Origin: Pocillopora damicornis
Lineage: Eukaryota
Length of the DNA stretch: 64,000 bases
NCBI RefSeq assembly: GCF_003704095.1
Contig: NW_020844728.1
Location: forward strand, 62,001 to 126,000
Reading direction: 5' to 3'
The position numbers and the translations under genes are program-made. Positions 15,301 through 27,200 of the stretch are shown here, piece after piece; the stretch's first letter is position 1, and the number at the start of each line of letters is the position of its first letter. Under the pieces are notes generated by a model, which was not told the origin of the DNA, made no database searches, and worked only from the letters and a program-made list of their open reading frames with translations.

Positions 15301-17887
15301 ACTAAACTTCAAACAAGTTTATCATTGGATTTTATTTTATTTTTATTTTTATTCTTTTTTTATTTGATTGATGTGACGAATATAGACGTAAACAAACTGA
15401 GGCAACAGTTTTTGAATATTCAGGGAGGTCATATTATCATTACCGATCAAAACGTCACCAATGAGTAGCCAAATAACCCACTAAATCAAGTTCTTCATCC
15501 ATGTGCGTTGTGCAATTGTTTTGTGGTCAACGATTCGTGATATGTGATTCTGTGAACCAAAAAATTATTGGCCAAAAATTATGTGGAGAAATTTGGTTAT
15601 CATGTCATCGTAAGTCAACAATCTTCATTCTGCATGTGTGGCATACGAACCTGGTATCTGGCCATCCTTGCAAACGAAAGAATCGGGCCGTTAATGACAA
15701 GGTCAGCTCTTGAATTCACACTGGAAACTTAAACTCTCTACAATGTGCGTGTTCTCTCCGGTAGCCAAGGTGATGGTGAGGCTTTGTTAACAACCCCGTC
15801 TTGTGACATCCTTCCCAATGGCTTCCCCCAGAGGGATATGTTCGTTATGGGATGGAAGTTTCCAAAGGCCAAACTATAGCTCATCAATCAGTTTCGCCGT
15901 GCTGTGCTTAATATGCTTATACTTGAATAATTGTCCTATATCTGTTGGATATTTTTTAGTGTGGCAATTGTGTGTCTCATCGCCGTGGCTGGCAGGAAAG
16001 ACACATCAGTTGTATTGGTCCAGGAAATGCAGTTGCTAATGACCTCCATTGTATTCATAAGCCTAAACCAATCAAACGCCGTAAATGTACTCACAAAGAC
16101 TGTGAAGTGATGTGGCGGGCGTCAGCTTGGTCAGCGGTAAGTTATGGTGGTTTAACGGATGTGGAGAGTTGTTGTGCTAAAGATACGTGAGTATCGTATT
16201 ATCCAGAGTCAATCCGTCCTATTCATATTTTGTGCCAAGACCTAATTTTGCATTTGTTATTTTTGATAACATTAACCTCTTTTCTCGGGCAGCGTGGCCC
16301 AACACCGTTATTTATAAATCAGCACCAAAACGGGAAATTTGAATGCGAACGCACTTTGACTAGCCGAAAAAAAAAGAGTGGAATAGGGCCATACATTTCC
16401 TGTGGAAAACTTACTTTACTTGCTTTCCTGAGTTTCTGAAGTGCTACTCAACAATTTGAAAAGCAAATGTTGCATGTAGTCCTTGTAGCCTAGTAATATG
16501 AATTTTGACAAATTTAAGGATTTACCCTTCGCGTTCGAAATTTAAGGAAAACTGCCCTTTTTTCCAGTGGAGAAAATGACCCCGGTACGCGCAATTTATC
16601 AGTGAACGATGGGAAATAAATGTTGGATGTTTTTCTTAACTGACTCCGTCCTTAGAATTGGGTAAATTTGGGACAAGCCATTTGAGAATTTGAAGTCCGA
16701 GGTGAAAATTCGTTTTAAAAGACGGCGTACCTTTGCCACGAGTACTAATGTAAATTATGCTTTAAAATTGGGGATTCTTCGCGCGAATGCTTAGGAGTGA
16801 TCAAGCACTTTCATCCATAATACTAATACAGCTCATAATACTCCTTTTTGTTGGTTTGTTTTGTTCTCCTTCCTACTTTCCTTTGCTCACTCGTCAACCT
16901 AACGGCTCGTTTGTATCTTACGGTGTCTGTCAAGATGTAATCATTATGTTATTATTATTATGTTTTAGTGTTCGCGTACTTGTGGTTTACATGGAATCAA
17001 GCTACGCAACGTTCAATGCGTATTTGTTAAGAGCTTAAACCTAGCTACAGGTCAATGTCACTGGCAGGAAAAACCCTCCCTGCAGGAACCTTGTAACAGA
17101 AAGTCTTGTACTAAAGGTTAGTTTGTCGATTTTGACAGTTTATTTTTAATCCATTTGTGTATTAAACTCGGGTTGAACTCTTTTGAGGTCTAATTGAAAC
17201 TGAGGTATTTCTTTCAAGGTGGGAAAAGCGAAGTAGATATAGAAGCGTAACACGCACAGCCGACTGGTGAAACAGTTTTTTTTACAGTACAAAAGAACCT
17301 ACTTTCCAATATCCACGCGCTCTCGGAAAACTGTTCGCATCTTGGAACAGATATTGCCCAGGGACAAATATCCGTACTTATTTCCGCGCAAAGTAGAGGC
17401 TGTAGTGTTTGTTAAAAATTGTTAATGAACAGCTTACTGTATGCAGTGTGGGATGTTTTCTTTAAAGCGTTCGACTTGATAAAGTGTACGACTTAATAAA
17501 CAAAAAAAGATTTACCTTCTAAAACAGTCACAAATTCCTCTCTGATTTTGAATTAAAATTTGAAACGCAGACTACGAAGACTTGGATATCGCCCAGTTTT
17601 AGCTGCTGGACTAAGTGCAGTTGAACAATAATAAATAGATATATACGCATACCAAAATAGAGAAAACTGTGTGCAGTTAGGTTGGCTTTAAATAGCTGCT
17701 ACTGTTAGGCATGATATCACAACCGGATTTGCTGCCAATGATGCCATTTTTCTCAACGTGGATCTAAATTTCATCTTCTCCTTTTTCAGCGAATTGTGTC
17801 GACAAAGTCAAGTATTGCGAAAAGGTCAAGATAATGAGAATGTGCCCGGTGTATTCTCGCTGGTGTTGCAACACGTGCCACTCCTGA
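317..17887 (+). CDS. ADAMTS-like protein 1/3 (punctin/MADD-4 type) with greatly expanded Ig array; 5'-partial; at least 19 Ig + 2 TSP1 + PLAC
   Basis: GT-AG exons joined in frame: 317-643, 887-1195, 1755-2063, 2494-2820, 3121-3441, 4088-4414, 4899-5213, 5457-5786, 5923-6252, 7020-7349, 7585-7914, 7998-8327, 8980-9309, 9743-10066, 10621-10941, 11040-11363, 11712-12050, 13168-13485, 14314-14670 (each one I-set Ig, typically C..G.P.P...W.....D.G.Y.C, phase 1-1). Then 15245-15273 (GYWEASEWSQ), 15960-16136 and 16969-17116 (TSP1: WSACSRTCGLHG..R.V.C), and 17790-17887 (PLAC: CVDKVKYCEKVKIMRMC...CCNTC, TGA). The Ig N-terminal 'xxIG..(V/A)....T.V.I.C' pattern and the Ig-TSP-PLAC order match ADAMTSL1/3. 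Confidence 0.85.
1320..1419. other. Assembly gap (100 N) inside a (TA)n microsatellite
   Basis: Run of N flanked on both sides by tatatata, in the intron between Ig exons 887-1195 and 1755-2063. Confidence 0.95.
12397..12600. repeat. Short intronic tandem duplications
   Basis: ttgaatacaccattataagg(g/a)ttattgca twice (about 12397-12457), and about three copies of gtcaaaa(t/c)gtgata..tagaaga (about 12536-12600). Confidence 0.6.
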
Positions 17888-18839
17888 ATAAGCGCGCAAA
17901 GATAAAGTTATCCTTAAAATTTTGCATAGTTAAATATTCTATTTATTTAAACGAAACCTGTAAGAGCAATTGTACTAATGTCATCTGGAAGCCGTTGAAA
18001 GCCTTGTTTAGTGCCGATACAGTTTGAAGGTAATACAGGCAATGTTTGAGGTGTAGGAAGATTTTAGTCACCTCCTTGAGAACTCGAACTAAATTATGAA
18101 ATGTTCAGATTTGCATTTTCTCAATTTAAATTCAGGAATATTTGTGTTTGTCTGTAAATCTACCTAAAAAAATCAAACTCAAGTGGAGATCACTGAAAAG
18201 ATGTCTACATATCGACAAAGAGCCGTGCAAGCTTACTATAGCATAGAGAGGACACATGCATAGAGAGTACATATACATCACGTGACATGGCTATTATAGG
18301 AATATCGTTATTTGAAAAAGTAAAATTGCTATCTTTATTTGTCAATGAACTTGCCTGCCTTATTCATATCCAAGCTAAAGCAGGAGTGGATGAACCCCAT
18401 CATTATGTACTCAGCTTAACCATTCTTCTGTCACCAACTCCTCTCTACTTCCCATTTACTAGTTTGCGTCAATTCTTACGTAGAAATGAAGATCTACCAA
18501 TTGCCTGTATGGGCATGGAGTTGTATTCTTTCCGGCTACGACATTCTCTCCCGATACCCACGGACCAACTCCGCATTTTTTATGGTACAAATAATCGATG
18601 ACATAATTGTTGAAAATATCAGCTTTTAATGTGCAAAATCTTTCCAATCCTCTTCAAAGGTTAACCAAGTAAAAAAATTTGAATAAAATAAATACTAATG
18701 ACAAAAAATTTAGTATGTATACGGTTGCATTTGATGTTATTACCTCCATAGAAGCTTTACTAATAATTACTTTTTTTTTTGGTATGCACGAAACAATGAA
18801 CAACAGAGTTCTTAAATTTCCTTGCATGATTGTCATGAT

Positions 18840-19050
18840 TTAATCCCTTAACTCCCATGAGTGACCAAGACAGATTTTCTCCTTACATTACCAATACAAT
18901 ATTAACAAGATAAGTGATGAGAATAAAGAAAAATGTCACTTTGGAGATAATTAGTTGATCCAATACTAAATTCTCTGAACTAACATTATAAGAATTGTAT
19001 GGTTGACGGTAAAGAGAATGACAAATTTGATCTGGAAGTTAAAGGGTTAA
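18840..19050. mobile_element. TTAA-flanked MITE (piggyBac-like non-autonomous element)
   Basis: Left end TTAATCCCTTAACTCCCA; right end TGGAAGTTAAAGGGTTAA (reverse complement TTAACCCTTTAACTTCCA). About 210 bp, no ORF, TTAA at both termini. Confidence 0.7.
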
Positions 19051-19197
19051 AAAGCTCTTCTTTGTACTAGCTGTGTGCAGTAGACAGATTCATTCGTTAC
19101 GAAAACTAATTTTTGTTTCATCCTAAAAAAATCACTCTGACAAGTTGTCTCATTTGACTATCTATAATTAGAAATAACACTCACTCTGATACTTATG

Positions 19198-22100
19198 TTA
19201 TGAAACTGTTATGTCATTGCTGCGCACATTTTCAGAGATTGTCTGAAACATTCTGTGGCCGGTTTCAGTCTCGTGATCAAAAACAAAATCTCCTGTGCCC
19301 TTAAAAAGAGCATCTGACGGGCAACTGACTCGGGGCCAAACATAATCGTCGTCATACACTGTATCCTTGGCTAGTGCCTCGGAGGTCTTAAAAAGGGCGC
19401 TACGGTCACGGAACATCTTTGGAGGCACAACATTAAACCTCTTGTATTTATCCAGAAATTCAGACTTTTCAGGGGCCTTTTCCTGAATGGGCGGGAAAAT
19501 CTCGTTTTTAATTCCTGGGCCCTTTGAGTGCACAACCGGCTCGTAAAACCATTTAAAACTGAGGCCATAGTTAGTCTTGTCATCAAGTGTTTCCTCTCGT
19601 CCAAATCGCAGCTTGGTACGTGGTCTCGCGGTCTTTGCTGGCACAGCTTTCCTTCCGAAATTGGCGTAGTCCATATGTGTAGTCTGACAGTCCATGGCTC
19701 CCTCAGGTGTTTTGTACTTCTCGGGCTCTTTTTGCTTCCTTGGTGACACCTCCCAGCTCTTAAAATCTTCCTTTTTCGTGGTCTCAAGCTGCATAGGCTC
19801 AGAACTCTTAAATAAATCACTTACAGGGTGGAACATGGGAGCTTTAGGCGCTCCACGAAAATCAACAAAATCCTCCCTGAACACTGAATTACTGTTGAAA
19901 GGCTCTTCAGGAGGCACCCGCTCCTCTTTCTCCCTCTCGTATCTCTGAGGTATCTCCTTGTCTTTGAAATCCACCCTGTAATGGGTGACAGATGAAATTG
20001 GACCGTCGTATTTGATCTTGTCGGGCTGACGCGCCGTAGGGCGTGGTGGCTGATTAAACCGTTGGTAATCCTGTCGGTGGATTGATGTTTCTTTGAAGGG
20101 GTCAGCAGGCGGAGCGTAAGAGTTACTTCGTATTACACGGTGAACTTGGGGAATCCAGCCTTTGTAATCGTCATGGGAAATGGATTTATAAACCACCTTG
20201 GCTGAGGGAGCACGCATCGTCTCTCCACGGATATATGGAGGGATCTTGGCTGGTATGGCACGTACTCCACGGTAGTGATCTCTGTGTTCCGAAACTGTTT
20301 CAAAGGGGTTTGGATTGGGTACGTACTTTTCTGCCTCCTTTTTCTTTGGAGGTCTCACCTCGAACGGAATGTAGTCAGCCTTTTGGGTGGTGTCTTTATC
20401 GATGTTGCCTTTGTTTTGGAGTAGATCCACTGGACGACGAAAAGGTCCCCTTGTACGCTGCCCTGGTTGAAAACTTGTTCTGTACTCCGAGGTCACATGG
20501 CATCTTTCCTGAGTTGACTTGTTGATGATCCGATTTGGAGAGGCGCCTTCATGTGGGCAACGATGGCGTCTGTGGAATTAATAGGTAATTTCAGAGTTAA
20601 ATTAATGAATAATTCGAAAACTGAACAAATTACTTTATCTATCAGAATAATTAAACAGATGCGAAGAGAGAAATCTCCGTTTTCGGAACGAACATTTTTA
20701 GTTTTTCAATGCGTTAAAAGAAAATAAAAAGGTGGGTTTAGTATTACAACTTAAAGCTACTAAAGGTGTGAAGTAGAGCACAGAAAACACGCCCTCGCAT
20801 TCCAGAGGGATGTGGCAAACCCGATAATAGAGAATGCAAAGTTGGCTTAGAGAATGTAAATGACCCATGTAAGGTTTTGAAAAATTGTTAGAACTTGAGA
20901 ACTTTAGGAGGCTCTCAGTCAGTGAATTCAACAAAAGAGAGATCAACTAATAGATGAACCTCTGTAGCACAATGTTGGCCCAGAATTTCGTTTCCAGATC
21001 TCTATCCTCTGGAGGGACGAGGTTGGTTGGTTCATTGATCAACAACACCAAATCTTTTGATTAATAAAAGTACATGAGGAAATATGAGATGATTTCTAAA
21101 TCTCTGATCTCTGGCTTGGTTCTTTGCCAAATAACATCATTTTAAATTTACAAGTACAGGTGTAATGAAAGAATCCAAAGGGACTAGTCCCCTACTGGGT
21201 AGGGAAGGAAGGCTGTCAAAGTAAACAGCACCAATTGCAGTAAATAAAAGAAAAGCTGCCTTATTCAAAAGAATGAGAGTGGATAAAATGTAAAAGCACA
21301 CACTTAAAGCAAGCCTTGCACTGAAGATATGCTCAGAAAAAACCATAGAATGGACCAGGCAGACAAGAGACTAATATTAAGAAAAGTACTAGCATCATCA
21401 CAATTCCTTTCGGTTATTGCTCACCAAGCTTAAGACATGATTTCTTTTAAAATGAGATAAAATGGATGATTGTCAAACTTTCTTATGGAATTTTTCAATT
21501 TGAGATGCTCTGATTTATGTTAGCAAACTATCTCTCATTCTCCTGTGCCAATCATTTCACAATCCTGCCAAAAAACCAAGAAATGCTCAGCTTTTATTTA
21601 CATGTAACTTCTACTTTCTAAGACTTTTGAGGATTGACAGTTCCTTTTAACTAAATAATCATAATAAATAATTCAAGATAGGGCTTGAAGGTGAAGTCTT
21701 CATTCCGGTTGAGTGGCTCAAATTGTGCTGGAACCTACATGCATGTCGGGGTCACCAAGCCTTTAGACAAAAAGACGTTCTGCCACTCAGTAATGGTTTG
21801 CTGGTTTATTGCAGGTATTTTGTCAAACGACAATTCACTTGGACCCATCTATACTCCCAATCAGAGGAATACACTTAAAAATGAAATGTCTTGTCTACAA
21901 TTTGTACCTAAGGCTAAGACAATTTGTTCAAAAGACCGTAAAATAAACCAATACCCCAATCTCTTTTCCATGAAAACTCTCTTATTTAAAGTACAGTCAA
22001 ACCTCAATTATCCAGATTTTTAATGTATCCTGACTCACTTTCCTGGTCCCATTTTTTCACAAATATTAATTAAAATTAAAATCAATTAATTAAAATATTG

Positions 22101-24269
22101 GTGCCATAAAGTTTTGTAAATATTATGGTGAATTTTGGCAACAATGCATAATGATTTGAGATCCTTCAACCCTTAGGCAATCCAATTCCATCTTACACTT
22201 TCCCACTGAAGCCAACATTTCTCAAACATTTATAATGCTTGTGATTTGAACTGTTGATTTTGAGAAAGTAACCTTCTGCTATAGTTAGGAACCTAAAAAA
22301 TTTGTCCTTTTAAATATAATTTACTCTTTGTTCCCTTTGTAATTGCTTAGAACTCTTTCCAACTGTGGACATTTTCTCAGAGAATAAAGGAATTAATGTT
22401 TTAGCTTCTACATGTTTCCCAAATTTGGGGGAAGCATGTCCCTGTACCCTACCCCCCTAAGTAAGAATGCATGCTGTGTCTCACTCTTTGCCAGAAAATC
22501 AACTTGAGAGCTCTGTGGATTAAATGGCTCATTTATATTTATTATCGGTCTCTGGGTTATCTGAACTATTCAACCAAGTCCCTATGTGTCCAGATAATCA
22601 AGGTTTGACCCTAGTTACATTGAAGGGGAAACCACAACATTGTTGTCGCTAGCTTTTAGAGTGTTGCAAATGACGAAACTAAACAACAAGCATAACTTAT
22701 AAAGAATACATAGATTTTTCCTTTGTTAAAATTTTTTGAACCATTTTGATTTCAATACTCTTTGAGTTCCTTTTCATTCTGAGATCAGTTTCTTTCCTTC
22801 AGAGCAGACAATGAGTACACATAAATAATGAAAAAATGCTGCTTAAATTTGACTTCAGCTATGACATAAAATTATTTTGCTCCCCAACTATGAACTTAGT
22901 GATACCAAAACACAAGTTTGAGCACTGTTTAATTAAGGTTTAAATGGACTTTAACATAGGCATTATAATAAATGTAAGATATTGGAGGAATCTCAGAGAA
23001 GCTTGTATTTTATGGACCTACATTTATGGCAAAGTGATTTGCAAAATATTTCAAGTATTTTGCCAAATGTACGTGCTTTTCGCCAGTTATCTAAGACAAA
23101 ATGCGATCTACGACAAAATGCGATCTACAGCTTTCAAAAAATACTTATTGGTTTACTGGTAAGGTGAGCGCAGGGTTTTGTTCAACTGGATTACACATGT
23201 TATCTTAGACACACCTCTACTGTCAGTGTCGTTTTTCCCCTTCACTTCATACTTTTAAACAAAATTCGAATTCTTTAGTGATAGTTTTTAAAGCGAAAAA
23301 AAAATTAGACATTTCGTAGTCTTTAGCTCGAGCTTCTCAATTTACAGGAGACGAAAATGCACCTTGAAAATGAATCGATATCTCCAAGGAGTTCACTATG
23401 CTATTTTCTTGCTTGGTTAAGTCAGACTTTCTCCGATAACTGGAACATAACTATATTAAATTGTCTACACTCGTAAATAAAAGCTGACTTTATCATCTTA
23501 AATACTGGGAATTAGAAAATATTGAAAACATAAATTCTGTAAGCAACAAACATAACAATGGCATTCAGGTTGCCTGAAGGTCCATCACAAGACACAAGTC
23601 ACACAAGCATAACCATTTTTCGCACGGCTCACCACATGAATACATTGTTCATCGATTATACAAAGCCTACAAAATAGAGAAGAAATCGGTGAAACCGGCT
23701 GCGCGTACTCTAAATAAACACAATAACGATACAGCTGTATGTTATTCTCGTCACTTCCGAAATCGAATGCACGTCCTAATTATAATTAGAAGCACACGAC
23801 AATCGAAGCAAATTTCCAGTAATAAAACTTACAGAGCAATGCTTACCCAATTGCCTCAAATTGAAGCCACTTCATAAGGCTATAAGAATTTTATACCTTT
23901 TTGTTGAATGGGATCACGAGCTGATGAAGTGGTTTTTGAAGAAAACAAATACGCACATAGACACCAAAATTCGCCACATTTTAAAAGCTGAAGATCTCTG
24001 TTGAATGGATTTTCCAATCCCTCATTATGGAGTAAAAGGGCGTCAAAATTACGCCTTTTATCTCTATACCTTGAAAATTTTCTTCCACAGTAGAAGGGAA
24101 ATCAAAGAAAGGTTAAACAATCACTCTGCTGAAGTAGCAACAGAGACGCATCCTTGAACAAGAAATGGAATTAGAGAAGGACGACCAGGCTCGCGCACTG
24201 ACTTGAATCAAAGATGAGTAGAGATGCTTACCCGCAAGTACAGATCTCACAAATACACTTTTTCGGCAT
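19198..24269 (-). CDS. SAXO: Stabilizer of axonemal microtubules (SAXO1/2, FAM154 family), about 469 aa
   Basis: Exon 1 is 24269-24232 (ATG..MPKKCICEICTCG, donor GTAAG); exon 2 is 20569-19198 (acceptor cacag; RHRCPH...). The joined N-terminus CICEICTCGRHRCPH is the SAXO signature. The body is made of repeated Mn-like motifs (e.g. ETSIHRQDY, ETTKKEDF, SVFREDF, DTVYDDDY). Confidence 0.92.
21992..22613. mobile_element. Degenerate Tc1/mariner/pogo-type MITE in SAXO intron
   Basis: Left end TA-CAGTCAAACCTCAATTATCCAGA; right end TCCAGATAATCAAGGTTTGACC (imperfect inverted repeat). No ORF. Confidence 0.5.
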
Positions 24270-27200
24270 ATTCACCTCCCTTTCGCCGTTGTTCAAGGTT
24301 AAAGATTTTCCATCTTCTTAACAAAAGTAACTTAACCCGGACCTCAAAGAGTTGATTTGTTTCAAGCCATGTCTTCCGGTTGCTATGACAACATAGAACA
24401 GATGCCTGTACACTCTCTTGGGATTTGTCTCATGCGACTTACAATAAGCCAAACGTCACGCAGCCCAACTGAAAAAGAGAACTTGTAATCCGATCGCCTG
24501 TAACGCACATGAAACTATAACTAGTGCGCGACAATGTTTCTTGGACGAAAATAATTGAGTTACAGAAGTACCTCGTGTTTAATTTCGTTATCATTGCTCA
24601 GTTCTTTAGCCTTTCGAAAATTTGACAACCCCTTAAACTGGGAAGCAGACAACCCCTATTGCGCGAACAAGGGTTCTGAGAGCTCGTTGAATAAAGATTC
24701 TGCCACCTGGCGGTGTCCTTACGATATTGTGTTAATTCAAGTACAAGAGCTGAGGAATGCACTGATCGTCTTTAATCGAATTCTCTCATCGAGGCAGAAA
24801 AGTTGAGTTAAAAGAAAACTTTGAGACATCAGAAATACCTTTTAGATCTTACAATGTTAAACAAAATATTGGTAAACAAAACTGATCCGAAATATTTTCA
24901 AATATTAACCGGGAGTCTACTCTCAGAGCTGTAAAACCACAGTATAGGCGTGCATTCTGAAACGCTAAGCTCTAAAATCCAGTCCTACATTCGTATAATT
25001 TATTGCAAATTTATCATTGACCAAGGTAGCCACTATCTTGAATCTGGAATAATAGCGAATATATTTCGCAATGTTTGTTTGTAAAAACAAACAATATCAA
25101 TCTGATCACCAGTGGTTAAACATGAATGTAACTTTCTTCGCTTTTTGGGGGGATAGGGGTTGGGGAGCAGGGTGAGGGGAAGAGCATGATAACTTTTTTT
25201 AGCGCACTCATATGGAATCTTCGGCGATTAGCCATATATTTCATGCTGGCGGTTTAAACAAACCGCCACTCATTGGGTAAAAAAGTCAAGTTTTTTAGTG
25301 TTGTCATAGATACGTAGACACTCAACGAGATTAATAAACCAGAGTACTCGAGTAACTTAGTCGCCTTTATACATTAATTACGCTAATTTGCGCCGCAGAA
25401 CCTGCGGAGCTAAGAGCTTACTCGTGCTGATCTTACTTGAACACGATTGACTGTGACCACACAACTCACGAAACACAAAACTCGGTCACGCTGACCGCCA
25501 ATCTTCAACACATTTTAAAAAGATACGTTTGTGAGACTTGTGATTGCGACAACGAAGTATTACAACTCATCCGATGTCAGCACCGCCTTGAGGGTAATAT
25601 TTTCTTTTACTCTTGAGTCAGTTTGAATGCCTGCATGTAGCTCGCAGTTATTGTTCTATTGTTTCAGGTCCTAGTTTAACACAACTTATGACGTGAGGGC
25701 CAGTAGCACTGGTCTTCAAAAATGATTTCATGCCGAGCGGTACAGATCGTGCAATAACTTTTTTCAATTTGATGATAAATCCCGGCAATCGAGTTATCAG
25801 TTACCCATCTGCTTAGGTCTATTTTCATTCAGTGCACGTATACGTTTAAGTAAGCTTTCTGACTCTGTCACACAGCTGGAGCATGATTTGAATAAAATGG
25901 TCATGCATGACGACAAATCCTACCAAACTTTTACCTAGTTTTGAGTGGTTACACCGTTTACACCATTCAGCAAATGATACCTAGCTGAAAGAAACTAGAA
26001 CGGAAGATTTCTCTGTATTGTATTGGTGATGATGACTTTACATCATATTAAACTTTGGAGTATAGTTCCGCTCCGGCTTGGTCAAACGTATATATTAGAC
26101 CTTTTGATATGTTACACGAGATAAGTGCCTTTCAAGTTGTTGAAGTTCTTCACCAATCTTGACTTATTACCACGATATTTACTCTGTTTAAGCTTAAGTT
26201 AATAGTATATGGTTTCTTTAGACTTAATGGCGATTTAGGACCCCCCAATGTCGTATAAACTTGACATTCTTGAGATTCTTTGTTGAGTGTCGTACACAGT
26301 TCAAACAAGAGCTTTGATTTCCTGCGTTTTCGTTATTAGATGTAGAAGAGCACTATTTTCTTTTCTATGGTCGCTTTTGCTACATCCAACAGTTAATTAA
26401 AACTTGGAAAGTCATGCACTTTTGCTAGTTGTTACTACTTTAATACATCGTTTAGTTTAGAGCTTAAACGTCTTCTTTGTAAATATATACATAAAAAAAA
26501 ATCTTTATTAATCTAATACCACTCAGATGAAAGGAGACCTTTATTAACACTGACACACGCTTTGATCTTGGCTGTTCTCAGTAAATCTAATACCAGAATT
26601 GTGGTTGAAAATAAACTCAGGAGGTGATCTTAACAAAAAATATCTACGGTATTGTCTCTCGCAGCATGTGTGTTTTCTATTTCATTAAAAGATGTATATA
26701 TGTGTTAGTCGGCCCACAGCTGTGAGAGACAAAGACTGATCGAGAACCGTTTACAAGACAACAAGAAAAGTTCAGTCAACGCTATTAATTATTGTTGATT
26801 GTTTTTCTAAGGAACCTGCAAACAGGGAAGCCGCTAATTCAACTACAAGCAGAACATAGATCAGGTACTGTTCGGTTATTATCTCTTGCATTGGTATTAA
26901 TTAAGTTTCGAAAGGAAGTCTAATGAACTTAGAGTAATTATTAAAAAAGCTAACCAAGCAACCATCAACAAAGCTGTGGGCTCTTCTGTGCTATCTATAG
27001 TGACAGTATTCCGGCTCTCGTGGTTCGTGAAGAATAATGTGAACCACATCAAAATGTATCTCAAAGGCAGCTGGTTTCATTCTTTCTATCCTGCATGCTT
27101 TTACTGACTATGGGTATTTCGACTGTTCGATTAACAATAGATTTACAATAAATGTCAAGTTTTTGGTTTAACTGTCTACAATATGCATAGTTTGCATTCC

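Noticed and set aside
19371-20525. Alternative-frame and antisense ORFs overlapping SAXO exon 2
   Set aside because: Shadow ORFs of the real coding frame, with no independent signal.
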